Numbered from the stretch's first letter, positions 9,766 through 19,578 are shown. The stretch is 64,000 nt of DNA from Verrucomicrobiaceae bacterium (GCA_051252135.1 JBPOGH010000011.1:32001-96000); one strand, 5' to 3'. Program-made: numbers and translations. Notes: generated by a model not told the origin, from the letters alone.

Positions 9766-10074
9766 TTAGTGGCTGAGGACCTCAACGAGTTCCCAGCGCT
9801 TGAGTTTTGAAAGTGGACGGGTCTCGCTAATGCGCACTTTGTCCCCTACTGCGGCCTCGCCTTTTTCGTCGTGAGCGTAGAATTTCTTCGAACGCTTGAC
9901 GATCTTCTTGAACTGCGGGTGTGGAACACGGGCGACATACTCGACAACGATGGTCTTGTCCATACTAGTGGACTTCACCACGCCAACGCGCACCTTTTTG
10001 TTCTTATTTTCACCTGCCTCGGAGGGCACAAACTCCTTCTTGGAGGCTGCTTTGGATTCGGACTGTTCAGACAT
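9766..10074 (-). CDS. rpsQ: 30S ribosomal protein S17
   Basis: [14 protein letters not shown] and [11 protein letters not shown]. Has an N-terminal extension of about 20 aa. Confidence 0.98.
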   Translation of the reverse strand: MSEQSESKAASKKEFVPSEAGENKNKKVRVGVVKSTSMDKTIVVEYVARVPHPQFKKIVKRSKKFYAHDEKGEAAVGDKVRISETRPLSKLKRWELVEVLSH

Positions 10075-10109
10075 GGTCTCGTAAAAATTGTATCTAATGT
10101 TAATGGGGC

Positions 10110-10313
10110 CTAGGAGGCGGACTTGCGCTGACCGAGGAGCGTCATGACGCGAGCGATCTCACGGCGGACGAGGCGACGGCGCGCGGTGTTCTCAAGCTGA
10201 CCGGTGGCCTGCTGAAGACGAAGATTGAGGGCCTCCTGCTTGAGGTCGCGCAGGCGGGTCTGAAGTTCTTCGGAGCTAAGCTCGCGAAGTTCGGTGATTT
10301 TTGACTGGGGCAT
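10110..10313 (-). CDS. rpmC: 50S ribosomal protein L29
   Basis: [23 protein letters not shown] and REIARVMT. Confidence 0.98.
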   Translation of the reverse strand: MPQSKITELRELSSEELQTRLRDLKQEALNLRLQQATGQLENTARRRLVRREIARVMTLLGQRKSAS

Positions 10314-10350
10314 GACGAAATAGGTTCCGTGTTAAAATGGTTGGAAAGAA

Positions 10351-10767
10351 TCAGTGTTGGCTACGGCAGACAAAACGGGTTTCAAAACCAAGCTTGTAAG
10401 ATGCGAGGCGCATTGCTTCGCGTGCTTGGGATTCAGGAACGCCGGCAACTTCAAAAAGCATCACTCCCGGACGGATCACGGCAACCCATGCGTCCACAGA
10501 GCCCTTACCTTTACCCATCCGGGTTTCAGGTGGGCGACGGGTAATTGACTTGTGAGGAAAGACACGAATCCAGACCTTACCCTTACGTTTAAGGAAACGG
10601 TTAATTGAAATACGGCAGGCTTCAATCTGGCGGTTTGTCATCCATCCGCGGCCGAGGGCCTGCAGACCGAAGTCACCGAAGCTAACATCCGTGCCACGCT
10701 GGGCATTACCTCCCCGGTTACCGCGGTGCGATTTCCGGAACTTGGTTCTTTTGGGCATCAAAGGCAT
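10351..10767 (-). CDS. rplP: 50S ribosomal protein L16
   Basis: [15 protein letters not shown] and ETRMGKGKG. Strong AGGAGG Shine-Dalgarno upstream. Confidence 0.99.
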   Translation of the reverse strand: MPLMPKRTKFRKSHRGNRGGNAQRGTDVSFGDFGLQALGRGWMTNRQIEACRISINRFLKRKGKVWIRVFPHKSITRRPPETRMGKGKGSVDAWVAVIRPGVMLFEVAGVPESQAREAMRLASYKLGFETRFVCRSQH

Positions 10768-10808
10768 AATTCTATCCTCCTATTGTAAATGTTGAATGTT
10801 CGTGTGAG

Positions 10809-11609
10809 TTAGGAAGCCGGATTGGCACCCTTGTTCTCAGCGGGTTTGTCAGAGTTATTGTTGTCGCGGCGATCTCCCCCACGATTGTTGCCACCTCCAC
10901 CTCCGCGGCGATCACCACCAGGACCACCACCACCTGGGCGACGACGCGGGCGATCAGTGCCTGGAGGGCGGGACCCCTTATCGGCGTCTGAATCCTTATT
11001 GATCCAGCATTTCACTCCGATGATTCCATAGACTGTCTTTGCCTCTGCAAATCCATAATCAATTGGAACACGTAGCGTCTGAAGAGGCACTTTTCCCTCG
11101 CGATACCATTCGGCACGGGCAATATCAGCACCACCAAGACGACCACCGCAACGAATCCGGATTCCGTTGGCTCCAAAGTCCATTGCAGTCTGAACGGCAC
11201 GCTTCATCGCACGGCGGAAAGCGATCCGCCGCTCAAGCTGCACTGCCACGTTTTCACAAACGTGTTGTGCATCGAGCTCAGGCTTGCGAATCTCGACAAT
11301 ATCGATTTTAACTTGGGCACCCTTACAGATATTCCCAATGTCGGTAGTCATCTTCTCAATCTCGGACCCCTTACGGCCGATCACGAGACCAGGACGGGAG
11401 GTGTGGAGAGTCACCCGGACGCTGTTCCAGGCCCGCTCGATTGTCACCCGGGAAAGGGCAACGCCCTGAAGACGGCTGGAGGCATACTTACGGATCCGGA
11501 GATCTTCGTGAAGCTTGTTGGTGTAGTCTTTGCCTTCGGCATACCACTTTGAGCGCCAGTCCTTACTGACCGCGAGTCGGAATCCAATCGGATTTACTTT
11601 CTGTCCCAT
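10809..11609 (-). CDS. rpsC: 30S ribosomal protein S3 with C-terminal Gly/Arg-rich extension
   Basis: [32 protein letters not shown] and VPLQTLR. Confidence 0.99.
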   Translation of the reverse strand: MGQKVNPIGFRLAVSKDWRSKWYAEGKDYTNKLHEDLRIRKYASSRLQGVALSRVTIERAWNSVRVTLHTSRPGLVIGRKGSEIEKMTTDIGNICKGAQVKIDIVEIRKPELDAQHVCENVAVQLERRIAFRRAMKRAVQTAMDFGANGIRIRCGGRLGGADIARAEWYREGKVPLQTLRVPIDYGFAEAKTVYGIIGVKCWINKDSDADKGSRPPGTDRPRRRPGGGGPGGDRRGGGGGNNRGGDRRDNNNSDKPAENKGANPAS

Positions 11610-11631
11610 GATTCTTTAGGTGGAAAATTGA

Positions 11632-12147
11632 TTATTCTTTGTCAGCGCCGCTTTCTTCAGCAGCAGGTTCTTCAGCAGCTTCGGCAGCCACCACTTCTTC
11701 TTCTTCGGCAGGTGCTTCTTCCTTGGCTGCAGCAGCTTTCTTTCCAGTGAAAAGAGACTTGATGGTGTCGCGCTTCTTCGCTTTCCCGGAGGTCTTCTTC
11801 TCCTCTGGAGCTTCAAACTCATCAGTAAGAGTAACAAAAATATGACTGCTACGTTTGCGGATCGCTCCTGCGGAACCACGGGCACGCGGCTTAAAACGCT
11901 TAAGGGTAGGACCATCACCGATCGTTGCTTCCTTGACGATCAACTCGTCAGCGGACAGCTCGTGATTGTTCTCAGCATTGGCAATGGCACTCTTAAGAGT
12001 CTTACCAATGAGGTGAGCTGCCTTCTTGGGGGTGTAGGTCAGGGCATCGAGAGCATCGGAGACGGTAAGTCCCTGAATTTCACGAGCGACGTCGCGGGCT
12101 TTTTTCGGAGAGATCCGAGCGTATTTTGTAGTCGAACGAACTTGCAT
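11632..12147 (-). CDS. rplV: 50S ribosomal protein L22 with C-terminal charged extension
   Basis: RISPKKAR, LKSAIANAENN and PRARGSA...IRKRSSHI. Confidence 0.99.
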   Translation of the reverse strand: MQVRSTTKYARISPKKARDVAREIQGLTVSDALDALTYTPKKAAHLIGKTLKSAIANAENNHELSADELIVKEATIGDGPTLKRFKPRARGSAGAIRKRSSHIFVTLTDEFEAPEEKKTSGKAKKRDTIKSLFTGKKAAAAKEEAPAEEEEVVAAEAAEEPAAEESGADKE

Positions 12148-12881
12148 CAGTTTGTCGGTTCAGATTGGTCGAGAATTATTAGAGCGGAGTCCTTTGGGAC
12201 CACCGGATTTTCTGGGTTTATCAGAGATTGAATAAGCAAGCCGCTGACATCGTCCCGGCTTACGGCGACGATCGCGTCACCAAGATGAGTGCCGGACCGC
12301 TCAAGGCGGAAACGCATACCTGGGCGAACTTCGGCGTTCTCACCCGCGTTGATTATCAGCAAGCCGGATTCGGAATCCACACTTACGACTGTTGCTTCAG
12401 AGGCACTCCCCTGCTCAACCTGACGTTTGGGCTGTTTCCGGTATCCAAGGTCTACCTGAATTTGACGAAGTTTGGCTTCGACGTCTGATCTGGCTTCTGC
12501 ATCGGACGCAACGACCGTGCGGAGATAACTCCGCATGGAGTCAACCAGGTCGATCGTCGAAACTTCAAGTGACGAAAGCTGCTCCCGAACGATCTGATAA
12601 TCAGATACAGCCGCAAGATGCTTATCATCTCCCCCCTCGAAAAAACCTTTCCCGAAGAGTGCCAGATTCTGTCTGATCTTCTTAAGAGCCTCGGTCTTGG
12701 CCTGCTCGCGATCTAGCGCGGAAGCGTAGCCCTTGTTTAAAGTCTCCACTTGAAGCCGGAGCAACCGGTTTTCGCGCTCGAGCCTCGCAACTTGCTCATC
12801 CTTAGCTTCCTGGGCACCCAGAGACCCACCGAGGAGACTAGCTCCGGTCGCGATGAGTATACTGGATGAAAGGAATGACAT
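12147..12881 (-). CDS. Hypothetical exported coiled-coil protein inserted between rpsS and rplV
   Basis: 244-aa ORF fills the rpsS-rplV gap. Signal-like N-terminus, heptad-rich middle and a beta-rich C-terminus (VVSVD...LLIINAG...VRPGMRF). Its TGA overlaps the rplV ATG. Confidence 0.85.
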   Translation of the reverse strand: MSFLSSSILIATGASLLGGSLGAQEAKDEQVARLERENRLLRLQVETLNKGYASALDREQAKTEALKKIRQNLALFGKGFFEGGDDKHLAAVSDYQIVREQLSSLEVSTIDLVDSMRSYLRTVVASDAEARSDVEAKLRQIQVDLGYRKQPKRQVEQGSASEATVVSVDSESGLLIINAGENAEVRPGMRFRLERSGTHLGDAIVAVSRDDVSGLLIQSLINPENPVVPKDSALIILDQSEPTN

Positions 12882-12928
12882 GGATGTGGAGAAGCGAGTG
12901 GTTCAGTTCAGCGAAAGATTCAAGTAAA

Positions 12929-13198
12929 TTACTTCTTACCGATGCCTCCGTGGGTCTTAAAGATCCGTGTAGGAGAAAATTCCCCCAGCTTGTGGCCAAC
13001 CATATTCTCGGTCACGTAGACCGGAACGAAGGTTTTGCCGTTGTGCACAGCGAAGTTGTGTCCAACAAAGTCTGGGGTGATCATGGAGCGACGGCTCCAG
13101 GTCTTGATGGGCTTCTTGTTGCCGGATTCGACAGCAGCATCGATCTTTGTCAGAAGCTTCTGATCGACAAACGGGCCTTTTTTAAGTGAGCGTGCCAT
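12929..13198 (-). CDS. rpsS: 30S ribosomal protein S19
   Basis: [19 protein letters not shown] and MVGHKLGEF. Confidence 0.99.
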   Translation of the reverse strand: MARSLKKGPFVDQKLLTKIDAAVESGNKKPIKTWSRRSMITPDFVGHNFAVHNGKTFVPVYVTENMVGHKLGEFSPTRIFKTHGGIGKK

Positions 13199-13236
13199 AA
13201 TTGGTAATGGTCAATGGTAAATAAATGATTCTAAAA

Positions 13237-14076
13237 CTAGCGCTTCTTTTTGCGACGTTCGACGATGAAGGAATCTGTGGGATTGTGCTTCTTGCGTGTC
13301 TTTTGTCCCTTGGTATGACCCCAAGGTGACTTGAGATGCTGACGTCCACCACCGGATTTGGACTTACCCTCACCACCACCGTTGGGGTGATCGACTGGGT
13401 TCATACACATTCCGCGGACAGTTGGGCGAATCCCCTTCCAACGTGAACGTCCAGCCTTGCCGGATACTTCGTTCATATGGTCACGGTTACCAACAGTCCC
13501 GATGGTAGCATAGCAGTTCTCGTGGAATTTGCGCAATTCGCCGGAGGGCATCTTGATGAAAGCGTAGCCCTGATCACGAGAGGCCAAAATGGCTTGCTGG
13601 CCGGCTGCACGGGCAACCTTGCCACCGCTGCCGGGACGAAGTTCAATATTATGGATGGCTGTGCCGACGGGAACGTTCTTGAGAGGCATTGCATTGCCGG
13701 GCTTGGGCTCTGCGTTCTCACCGGCTGTCACCTTATCCCCCACCGTAAGTCCGGCAGGCGCCAGGATGTAGGCTTTGACACCATCTGTATATTGAACAAG
13801 AGCAATACGGCAGGTTCGGTTTGGATCGTATTCGATGGTCTGGACCTCGGCGACGATATCGAGCTTACGACGTTTGAAGTCGACGAGGCGATATTTACGC
13901 TTATGTCCGCCACCAATGTGACGACAAGTGATGCGACCCTGGTTGTTGCGTCCACCACTCTTCTTCAGAGGTTCGGTGAGGCTCTTCTCAGGCTTGTTTG
14001 TGGTAATCTCCTCGTACGTAGGCCACATTTTGTAGCGGTTCGCGGGAGTTACAGGCTTAAAACTTTTCAGTGGCAT
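13237..14076 (-). CDS. rplB: 50S ribosomal protein L2
   Basis: [16 protein letters not shown] and [13 protein letters not shown]. Confidence 0.99.
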   Translation of the reverse strand: MPLKSFKPVTPANRYKMWPTYEEITTNKPEKSLTEPLKKSGGRNNQGRITCRHIGGGHKRKYRLVDFKRRKLDIVAEVQTIEYDPNRTCRIALVQYTDGVKAYILAPAGLTVGDKVTAGENAEPKPGNAMPLKNVPVGTAIHNIELRPGSGGKVARAAGQQAILASRDQGYAFIKMPSGELRKFHENCYATIGTVGNRDHMNEVSGKAGRSRWKGIRPTVRGMCMNPVDHPNGGGEGKSKSGGGRQHLKSPWGHTKGQKTRKKHNPTDSFIVERRKKKR

Positions 14077-14123
14077 TGGAATGATCCTTTCTGACTGATG
14101 TTTTCGTTAGAAAATCGGTTGGG

Positions 14124-14408
14124 TTAAATGAGATCGAGGGAATCTCCGTCCTTCAGGCGAACAATTGCCTTCTTCCAGCGAGCAGTGCGACCGGCATCAG
14201 CGCGGCGACGGCGTTTCGCCTTCCCATCGTAATTACAGGTGCGAACAGCTTCCACTTTGACTCCGAAGAGGGTTTCAACTGCGTGTTTGATCTCTTGCTT
14301 GTTAGCGCGGCGATCAACCTTGAAGGTGTATGAATTTTCGTTCTCCTGAAGAAGGGTGGCCTTCTCAGACATGCGAACGGTATCGATGACTTGGTAAATA
14401 TCTCTCAT
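14124..14408 (-). CDS. rplW: 50S ribosomal protein L23
   Basis: SEKA, YTFKVD, ANKQEIKHAVE and WKKAIVRL. Confidence 0.98.
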   Translation of the reverse strand: MRDIYQVIDTVRMSEKATLLQENENSYTFKVDRRANKQEIKHAVETLFGVKVEAVRTCNYDGKAKRRRRADAGRTARWKKAIVRLKDGDSLDLI

Positions 14409-14435
14409 GGCGAGCGTCTATCGGTTCGAGGTTAA

Positions 14436-15041
14436 TTAAGCGGTGCGCTTAGCGAGGGTTTCAAGCGAATCATCCACCAGGATGATTGCGTTAGAGTGGA
14501 GAATCTGTTCAACGTTTACATTGTCAGCTGTCTCAAGCTGGACAGTTTTCACGTTGCGTCCGGAAAGATAGGTCTTCTCGGTGAATGATGCACCGATAAC
14601 CAGCACCTTCTTGGACTGCGTAAGTGCTGCTACAGCTGCCACGAAATCGCTGGTCTTGCCACTGGCGACCTCGAAGGAGGATGCAGACACAACCGCTTCT
14701 TCGTTGATCTTATCACCGAGGACACGGCGAAGAGCGAGAGCGCGAACCTTCTTGGTAACGGTTTTCGCATAGGACCGGTTACGGGGGCCGAAGGCCACTC
14801 CACCACCGACAAAAATCGGAGCTTTGCGGTCACCATGACGGGCGTTACCAGTTCCCTTTTGACGATACATCTTCTTGCCGGTTCCGCTGACTTCTCCGCG
14901 GGTTTTGGCCTGAGCTGTTCCGGAACGACGGTTCGCCTGGTAGGCCACGACGAGATCGTGGACTGCCTGACTTCCCTTGGAAGCGTCAGCGATGACTTGG
15001 ATTTTCGCCTTTTCGGCGTCTTTGAGTGTGAATGCAGACAT
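14436..15041 (-). CDS. rplD: 50S ribosomal protein L4
   Basis: RSGTAQAKTRGEVSG, RQKGTGNARHG and GGGVAFGP. Confidence 0.99.
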   Translation of the reverse strand: MSAFTLKDAEKAKIQVIADASKGSQAVHDLVVAYQANRRSGTAQAKTRGEVSGTGKKMYRQKGTGNARHGDRKAPIFVGGGVAFGPRNRSYAKTVTKKVRALALRRVLGDKINEEAVVSASSFEVASGKTSDFVAAVAALTQSKKVLVIGASFTEKTYLSGRNVKTVQLETADNVNVEQILHSNAIILVDDSLETLAKRTA

Positions 15042-15068
15042 TGTCTTCTACCTTTCTAACAGTCGGGA

Positions 15069-15719
15069 TTACTTGCCGGTCTTTTTGAACGCAGGACGCA
15101 CGGTGACATATGCACCCTTGTGACCCGGAACTGCACCGGAGATGAGGAGGACTCCGTCCTCGGCGCGAACCTGGACGACTTTGAGATTCTGGACGGTGCG
15201 GTTGTAGACACCATGACGTCCCGGCATTTTTTGATTTTTCCAAACACGTGCTGGAGTCGATCCGGCACCGATGGCTCCGGTTCGACGGTGCATCATGTGA
15301 CCGTGACCATCAGGCTGGCCGTTGAAGTTGTAGCGCTTCACCACACCCTGGAAACCCTTACCTTTGGTTACACCCAGGACATCAACCCACTGCCCATCTT
15401 CAAAGAGAGACGCACCGGGGTGCCCCTCCTCCTTGTTTGGAAGCTGGTCGTCACTTTCGAATCGAAACTCTTTAACAAGCTTCTTTGCGCCGGTTGCACC
15501 TTGTTTGGCTTGATGGGAGCGTTCTGGAAGATTGAGGCGACGCTCTTTCTGGTCATCAAATGCGACCTGAATAGCAGTATAGCCATCCTTCTCATTGGTT
15601 TTCACCTGGAGAAATTCATTACCGTTCACGTCAATGACAGTGACGGGGATCATGCAGCCTGCCTCAGCGTCAAAGACGCGAGTCATACCGATTTTTTTAC
15701 CGAGGATTCCGAGAGACAT
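15069..15719 (-). CDS. rplC: 50S ribosomal protein L3
   Basis: GKKIGMT, DGYTAIQ, KGKGFQGVVKR and GAVPG. Confidence 0.99.
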   Translation of the reverse strand: MSLGILGKKIGMTRVFDAEAGCMIPVTVIDVNGNEFLQVKTNEKDGYTAIQVAFDDQKERRLNLPERSHQAKQGATGAKKLVKEFRFESDDQLPNKEEGHPGASLFEDGQWVDVLGVTKGKGFQGVVKRYNFNGQPDGHGHMMHRRTGAIGAGSTPARVWKNQKMPGRHGVYNRTVQNLKVVQVRAEDGVLLISGAVPGHKGAYVTVRPAFKKTGK

Positions 15720-15739
15720 AGTTCTAGTTCGGTTAGAGA

Positions 15740-16045
15740 TTAAATATGGATTTGGATATCAACACCCGCTGGAAGATTGAGCTTTTTCAGCTCATCGACG
15801 GTGCGGGCGGTGGGATCAAGGATATCAAGAAGACGCTTGTGAGTGCGGACCTCAAACTGCTCGGCAGATTTTTTGTTTTGGTTTACCGAGCGGTTAACTG
15901 AAAACTTTTCAATCCGGGTTGGCAGAGGCACAGGACCGGCGATTTTAGCACCGGTGCGCTTGGCTGTCTCGACGATCTCAACAGTCGAACGGTCGATTGC
16001 TCGGTGGTCAAATGCGCGAAGGCGGATACGGATTTTCTGATTCAT
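15740..16045 (-). CDS. rpsJ: 30S ribosomal protein S10
   Basis: [28 protein letters not shown] and LPAGVDI. Confidence 0.99.
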   Translation of the reverse strand: MNQKIRIRLRAFDHRAIDRSTVEIVETAKRTGAKIAGPVPLPTRIEKFSVNRSVNQNKKSAEQFEVRTHKRLLDILDPTARTVDELKKLNLPAGVDIQIHI

Positions 16046-16075
16046 GGTGTGAAAATAGATTGAATTGGAGAATTT

Positions 16076-18232
16076 TTAGAAGCCGCCGCGCTCTGCGACG
16101 AGTTTATCAACGACGTTTTGGGGGACTTCGTCAAAACGAGCTGGCTCCATGGAATAGGAAGCTCTCCCTGACGAAAGAGTGCGCACATCCGTGGAATATC
16201 CGAACATTTCGGATAGTGGCACAGTGGCGGAAACATTTGCTATTGGGCCTTTGGTTTCAATTTCTTGAATCTGACCGCGACGGCGATTGAGGTCGCCCAT
16301 AATATCGCCCTGGAACTCGTCTGGCGTGGCGATTTCCACATCCATAATTGGCTCCAGAAGGATTGGAGATGCCTTTTGAAAAGCATCCTTCATTGCAAAA
16401 ATTGCGGCGACCTTGAAAGCGTTGTCACTGGAATCAACTTCATGAAATGAGCCATCCTGAACATTTACGTGAACGTCGACAACAGGGAACCCGGCCACAA
16501 GACCATTCATCATGGCCTCCTCTACTCCATTCATCACGGCAGGGATGTATTCCTTGGGGATTGCTCCAGCCGTGATCGAATTCTCAATCGTCAACCCCTT
16601 GCCCTGCTCGTTGGGAGCCATGGTCAAAATCACGTGCCCATACATGGCCTTTCCACCAGTGGCGGCGTCCCGAATAAACTTACCTTCCCCGGTGGCTTTC
16701 TTGGTTATTGTCTCGCGGTAGGCGATCTGAGGCTTACCAACGTTGGCTTGGACTCCAAACTCACGCTTAAGGCGATCAATGATGACCTCAAGATGAAGTT
16801 CTCCCATGCCAGCAATAATCGTTTGACCGGTTTCCTCATCTGTTCGGACCACGAAAGTCGGGTCCTCATCAGAAAGACGATCCAACCCGATGGCCATTTT
16901 ATCTGAATCAGCCTTGGTCCGTGGCTCCACGGCCATCGAAATGACTGGCTCGGGAAATACGGGCGGCTCAAGCAGGATTCCAGCTTGTTGATGGGAAAGG
17001 GTGTCGCCGGTTTGAACGTTCTTGAGGCCCACCAGAGCGGCGATATCGCCGGCGAAACATGTTTCAATCTCCTCGTGCTTGTCGGCCTGAACCTGAATCA
17101 GTCGCCCGACACGCTCCTTCTGACCGGTGCGAGGGTTATACACCATATCCCCGCGGGAAACCGTGCCGGAGTAAACGCGGAAAAAGACGAGCTTCCCAAA
17201 ATACTTGTCTGCCCAAAGCTTGAAAGCGAGCGCACAGAACTTTTCCGAATCGGATGTCTTCACCTCTACCGTTTTCTCCTCATCCTTCGGATCGAGACCA
17301 ACCGCGGCAGGAATTTCCAAAGGAGACGGCAAATAATCAATCACCGCATCAAGCAAGAATTGGACACCCTTATTCTTGAAAGCAGAACCTCCTGCAACCG
17401 GAACAAGAGCATTGGATATCGTAGCGCGACGCAGACCAGCTTTAAGATCCTCGACCGTAAGGTCCTCCTCCATGAGATACTTCTCACCCACTGCTTCATC
17501 GACATCAGCGACAGCCTCTACCAAATCCGCATATGCCTCGTCAGCGAGAGCCATCTGATCGGAATCAAGTTCAGCCAAGGTGTAGGTGGAGCCGAGGATA
17601 TCGTCGTCCGTATAAAGAACAGCTTTCTTGTTCAGAACATCAATTTGCCCCCGAAGAGTATCCTCGCAGCCAATTGGAATGAGTATCCGAACCGGGCGTG
17701 CTCCCAGCTTTGATTGCAGCTCGCTGACTACATTTTCAAAATCAGCACCAACTCGGTCCATCTTGTTGACGAACACGATTCGTGGAACCTTATATTTGGA
17801 TGCTTGGCGCCAAACAGTTTCGGTCTGGGGCTGAACTCCCGCGACCCCGCAGAAAACAACAATCGCTCCGTCCAACACGCGGAGCGACCTTTCGACTTCA
17901 GCGGTAAAATCGACATGGCCCGGAGTATCAATGATGTTAATCCGCTGGGTGTCGCCAGTGAAGAGCTTGGTCACCCCGTCTTCGGGAACCTGACGCCAAT
18001 CGCAGGTAACAGCAGCGGATGTAATTGTAATCCCCCGCTCGCGTTCCTGCTCCATGTGGTCAGTGGTGGTGGCACCATCGTGCACCTCACCAATCCGGTG
18101 GATCGTTCCAGTATAAAAGAGAATACGCTCGGTGAGCGTGGTCTTCCCCGCATCAATGTGCGCAGCAATCCCAATGTTCCGTGTCCGCTGAAGCGGAACG
18201 GGACGGGTGGGAATGGAAGCGACTTTTGACAT
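16076..18232 (-). CDS. fusA: Elongation factor G
   Basis: AHIDAGKTT, RGITI, DTPGHVDF, NKMD and GMGELHL. Follows rpsL-rpsG. Confidence 0.99.
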   Translation of the reverse strand: MSKVASIPTRPVPLQRTRNIGIAAHIDAGKTTLTERILFYTGTIHRIGEVHDGATTTDHMEQERERGITITSAAVTCDWRQVPEDGVTKLFTGDTQRINIIDTPGHVDFTAEVERSLRVLDGAIVVFCGVAGVQPQTETVWRQASKYKVPRIVFVNKMDRVGADFENVVSELQSKLGARPVRILIPIGCEDTLRGQIDVLNKKAVLYTDDDILGSTYTLAELDSDQMALADEAYADLVEAVADVDEAVGEKYLMEEDLTVEDLKAGLRRATISNALVPVAGGSAFKNKGVQFLLDAVIDYLPSPLEIPAAVGLDPKDEEKTVEVKTSDSEKFCALAFKLWADKYFGKLVFFRVYSGTVSRGDMVYNPRTGQKERVGRLIQVQADKHEEIETCFAGDIAALVGLKNVQTGDTLSHQQAGILLEPPVFPEPVISMAVEPRTKADSDKMAIGLDRLSDEDPTFVVRTDEETGQTIIAGMGELHLEVIIDRLKREFGVQANVGKPQIAYRETITKKATGEGKFIRDAATGGKAMYGHVILTMAPNEQGKGLTIENSITAGAIPKEYIPAVMNGVEEAMMNGLVAGFPVVDVHVNVQDGSFHEVDSSDNAFKVAAIFAMKDAFQKASPILLEPIMDVEIATPDEFQGDIMGDLNRRRGQIQEIETKGPIANVSATVPLSEMFGYSTDVRTLSSGRASYSMEPARFDEVPQNVVDKLVAERGGF

Positions 18233-18266
18233 GGATTTGGAGACCTAGTGATTTATAAGAAGGAAA

Positions 18267-18740
18267 CTAGAAGCGAAAGTGGGCAAAGGCGCGGTTGGCC
18301 TGGGCCATTTTGTGAACGTCATCACGCTTACGAACGGAGTTGCCGGTATTATTGGCAGCATCCTTGATTTCGTTGGCAAGAGCGACGTGCATTGGGGTCC
18401 CCTTCTTGGCGCGAGCAAAGTTGATAATCCAACGCATCCCAAGAGATTCGGAACGGGCAGCATCCACCTCGAGAGGCACCTGATAGGTAGCTCCACCGAC
18501 ACGACGGCTTTTCACCTCAACACGAGGCTTTGCGTTTTCGATGGCACGCGTGAGAATCTCAAGCGGGTCAATGGTGTCAGTGCCCTCATTGGCACGATCG
18601 ATTGCAGCGTAGACGATGCGCTCAGAGAGCGAACGCTTTCCGTCCTTCATAATCTTGTTGATGAGACGACCGACAACAGGGCTGTCGAACTTCGAATCGC
18701 GCTGATCGGGCTTGTGGTAAACTCTTTTTCTGCGAGCCAT
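18267..18740 (-). CDS. rpsG: 30S ribosomal protein S7
   Basis: EVKSRRVGGATYQVP and HKMAQANRAFAHFR. Confidence 0.99.
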   Translation of the reverse strand: MARRKRVYHKPDQRDSKFDSPVVGRLINKIMKDGKRSLSERIVYAAIDRANEGTDTIDPLEILTRAIENAKPRVEVKSRRVGGATYQVPLEVDAARSESLGMRWIINFARAKKGTPMHVALANEIKDAANNTGNSVRKRDDVHKMAQANRAFAHFRF

Positions 18741-18771
18741 GGTAAATTCTGGTTAAAAGTTGGGAGGATGA

Positions 18772-19143
18772 TTACTTGGGGCGCTTTGCACCATACTTGG
18801 AACGACCCTGCTTGCGGCCATCGACACCCAGGGTGTCGAGTGCTCCGCGAACAATGTGGTAACGAACACCCGGCAAATCCTTCACCCTGCCGCCGCGAAT
18901 CAACACGATGGAGTGCTCTTGAAGATTGTGACCTTCTCCACCGATGTAAGCGATTACTTCGTATCCATTGGTGAGGCGCACTTTGGCAACCTTACGGAGA
19001 GCGGAGTTCGGCTTCTTGGGGGTGCGGGTATAGACCTGCAGACAAACGCCACGACGCTGTGGACAGTTGTTCAAAGCCGGAGATTTCGACTTGGTTACTG
19101 CCTTCTTCCGGCCTTTGCGGACGAGTTGATTGATTGTTGGCAT
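18772..19143 (-). CDS. rpsL: 30S ribosomal protein S12
   Basis: [19 protein letters not shown] and [11 protein letters not shown]. Confidence 0.99.
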   Translation of the reverse strand: MPTINQLVRKGRKKAVTKSKSPALNNCPQRRGVCLQVYTRTPKKPNSALRKVAKVRLTNGYEVIAYIGGEGHNLQEHSIVLIRGGRVKDLPGVRYHIVRGALDTLGVDGRKQGRSKYGAKRPK

Positions 19144-19347
19144 AATGCGATCGTGTTAGGATTACGATTTGAGGATGTGTTTAGGAAAAAAGTTCTCGAT
19201 CTCAACCAGATGACGTCACCGGGAGCTCAGAGAGAATCCTCTCAAGAGCCTGTTATCCGGAGCTGCACCCGATAGTTAAAATCGTTATTTGAAGGAGCTA
19301 AAACTGAAGAAACCTCAATGGCTTCTTAATTTCAGCCCCGATTTGGG

Positions 19348-19382
19348 GGCCGCGACTATATGAATGAACCTCCACCTGGCAA
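19348..19382 (-). promoter_or_regulatory. Putative sigma70 promoter of the rpsL superoperon with GC-rich discriminator
   Basis: Minus strand TTGCCA (19382-19377), 16-nt spacer, TATAGT (19360-19355), then CGCGGCC. This is the layout of stringently controlled promoters. Confidence 0.6.
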
Positions 19383-19443
19383 GGGATAATTTGCAAAATC
19401 TTTCCCTTTTCTGGCAAAAGCCTTCTTTACATGGCCTTAAACA

Positions 19444-19483
19444 GAAAAACTCCCTCTCAAGTTGATGCCTGAGGCGGAATTTC
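19444..19483 (-). terminator. Putative intrinsic terminator after tRNA-Met
   Basis: Imperfect hairpin GAAATTCCGCCTCAGG...CTTGAGAGGGAGTTTTT ending in a U tract on the minus strand. Confidence 0.5.
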
Positions 19484-19503
19484 TCGATTATTCGATCAAT
19501 CAC

Positions 19504-19578
19504 TGGTAGCAGCGGGCGGATTTGAACCGCCGACAAAAGGCTTATGAGTCCTCTGCTCTACCCCTGAGCTACGCTGCC
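19504..19578 (-). tRNA. tRNA-Met(CAT), probably elongator
   Basis: GGCAGCGTAGCTCAGGGGTAGAGCAGAGGACTCATAAGCCTTTTGTCGGCGGTTCAAATCCGCCCGCTGCTACCA folds as a cloverleaf with a CAT anticodon, TTCAA T-loop and encoded CCA. No initiator features. Confidence 0.93.

Noticed and set aside
19315..19536. 73-aa ORF upstream of rpsL
   Set aside because: It overlaps the tRNA, terminator and promoter, and has no protein-like motifs.
19504..19578. Initiator tRNA-fMet, or a tRNA-anchored genomic island
   Set aside because: No C1-A72 mismatch or three G-C anticodon pairs. No integrase or duplicated tRNA 3' end was seen.
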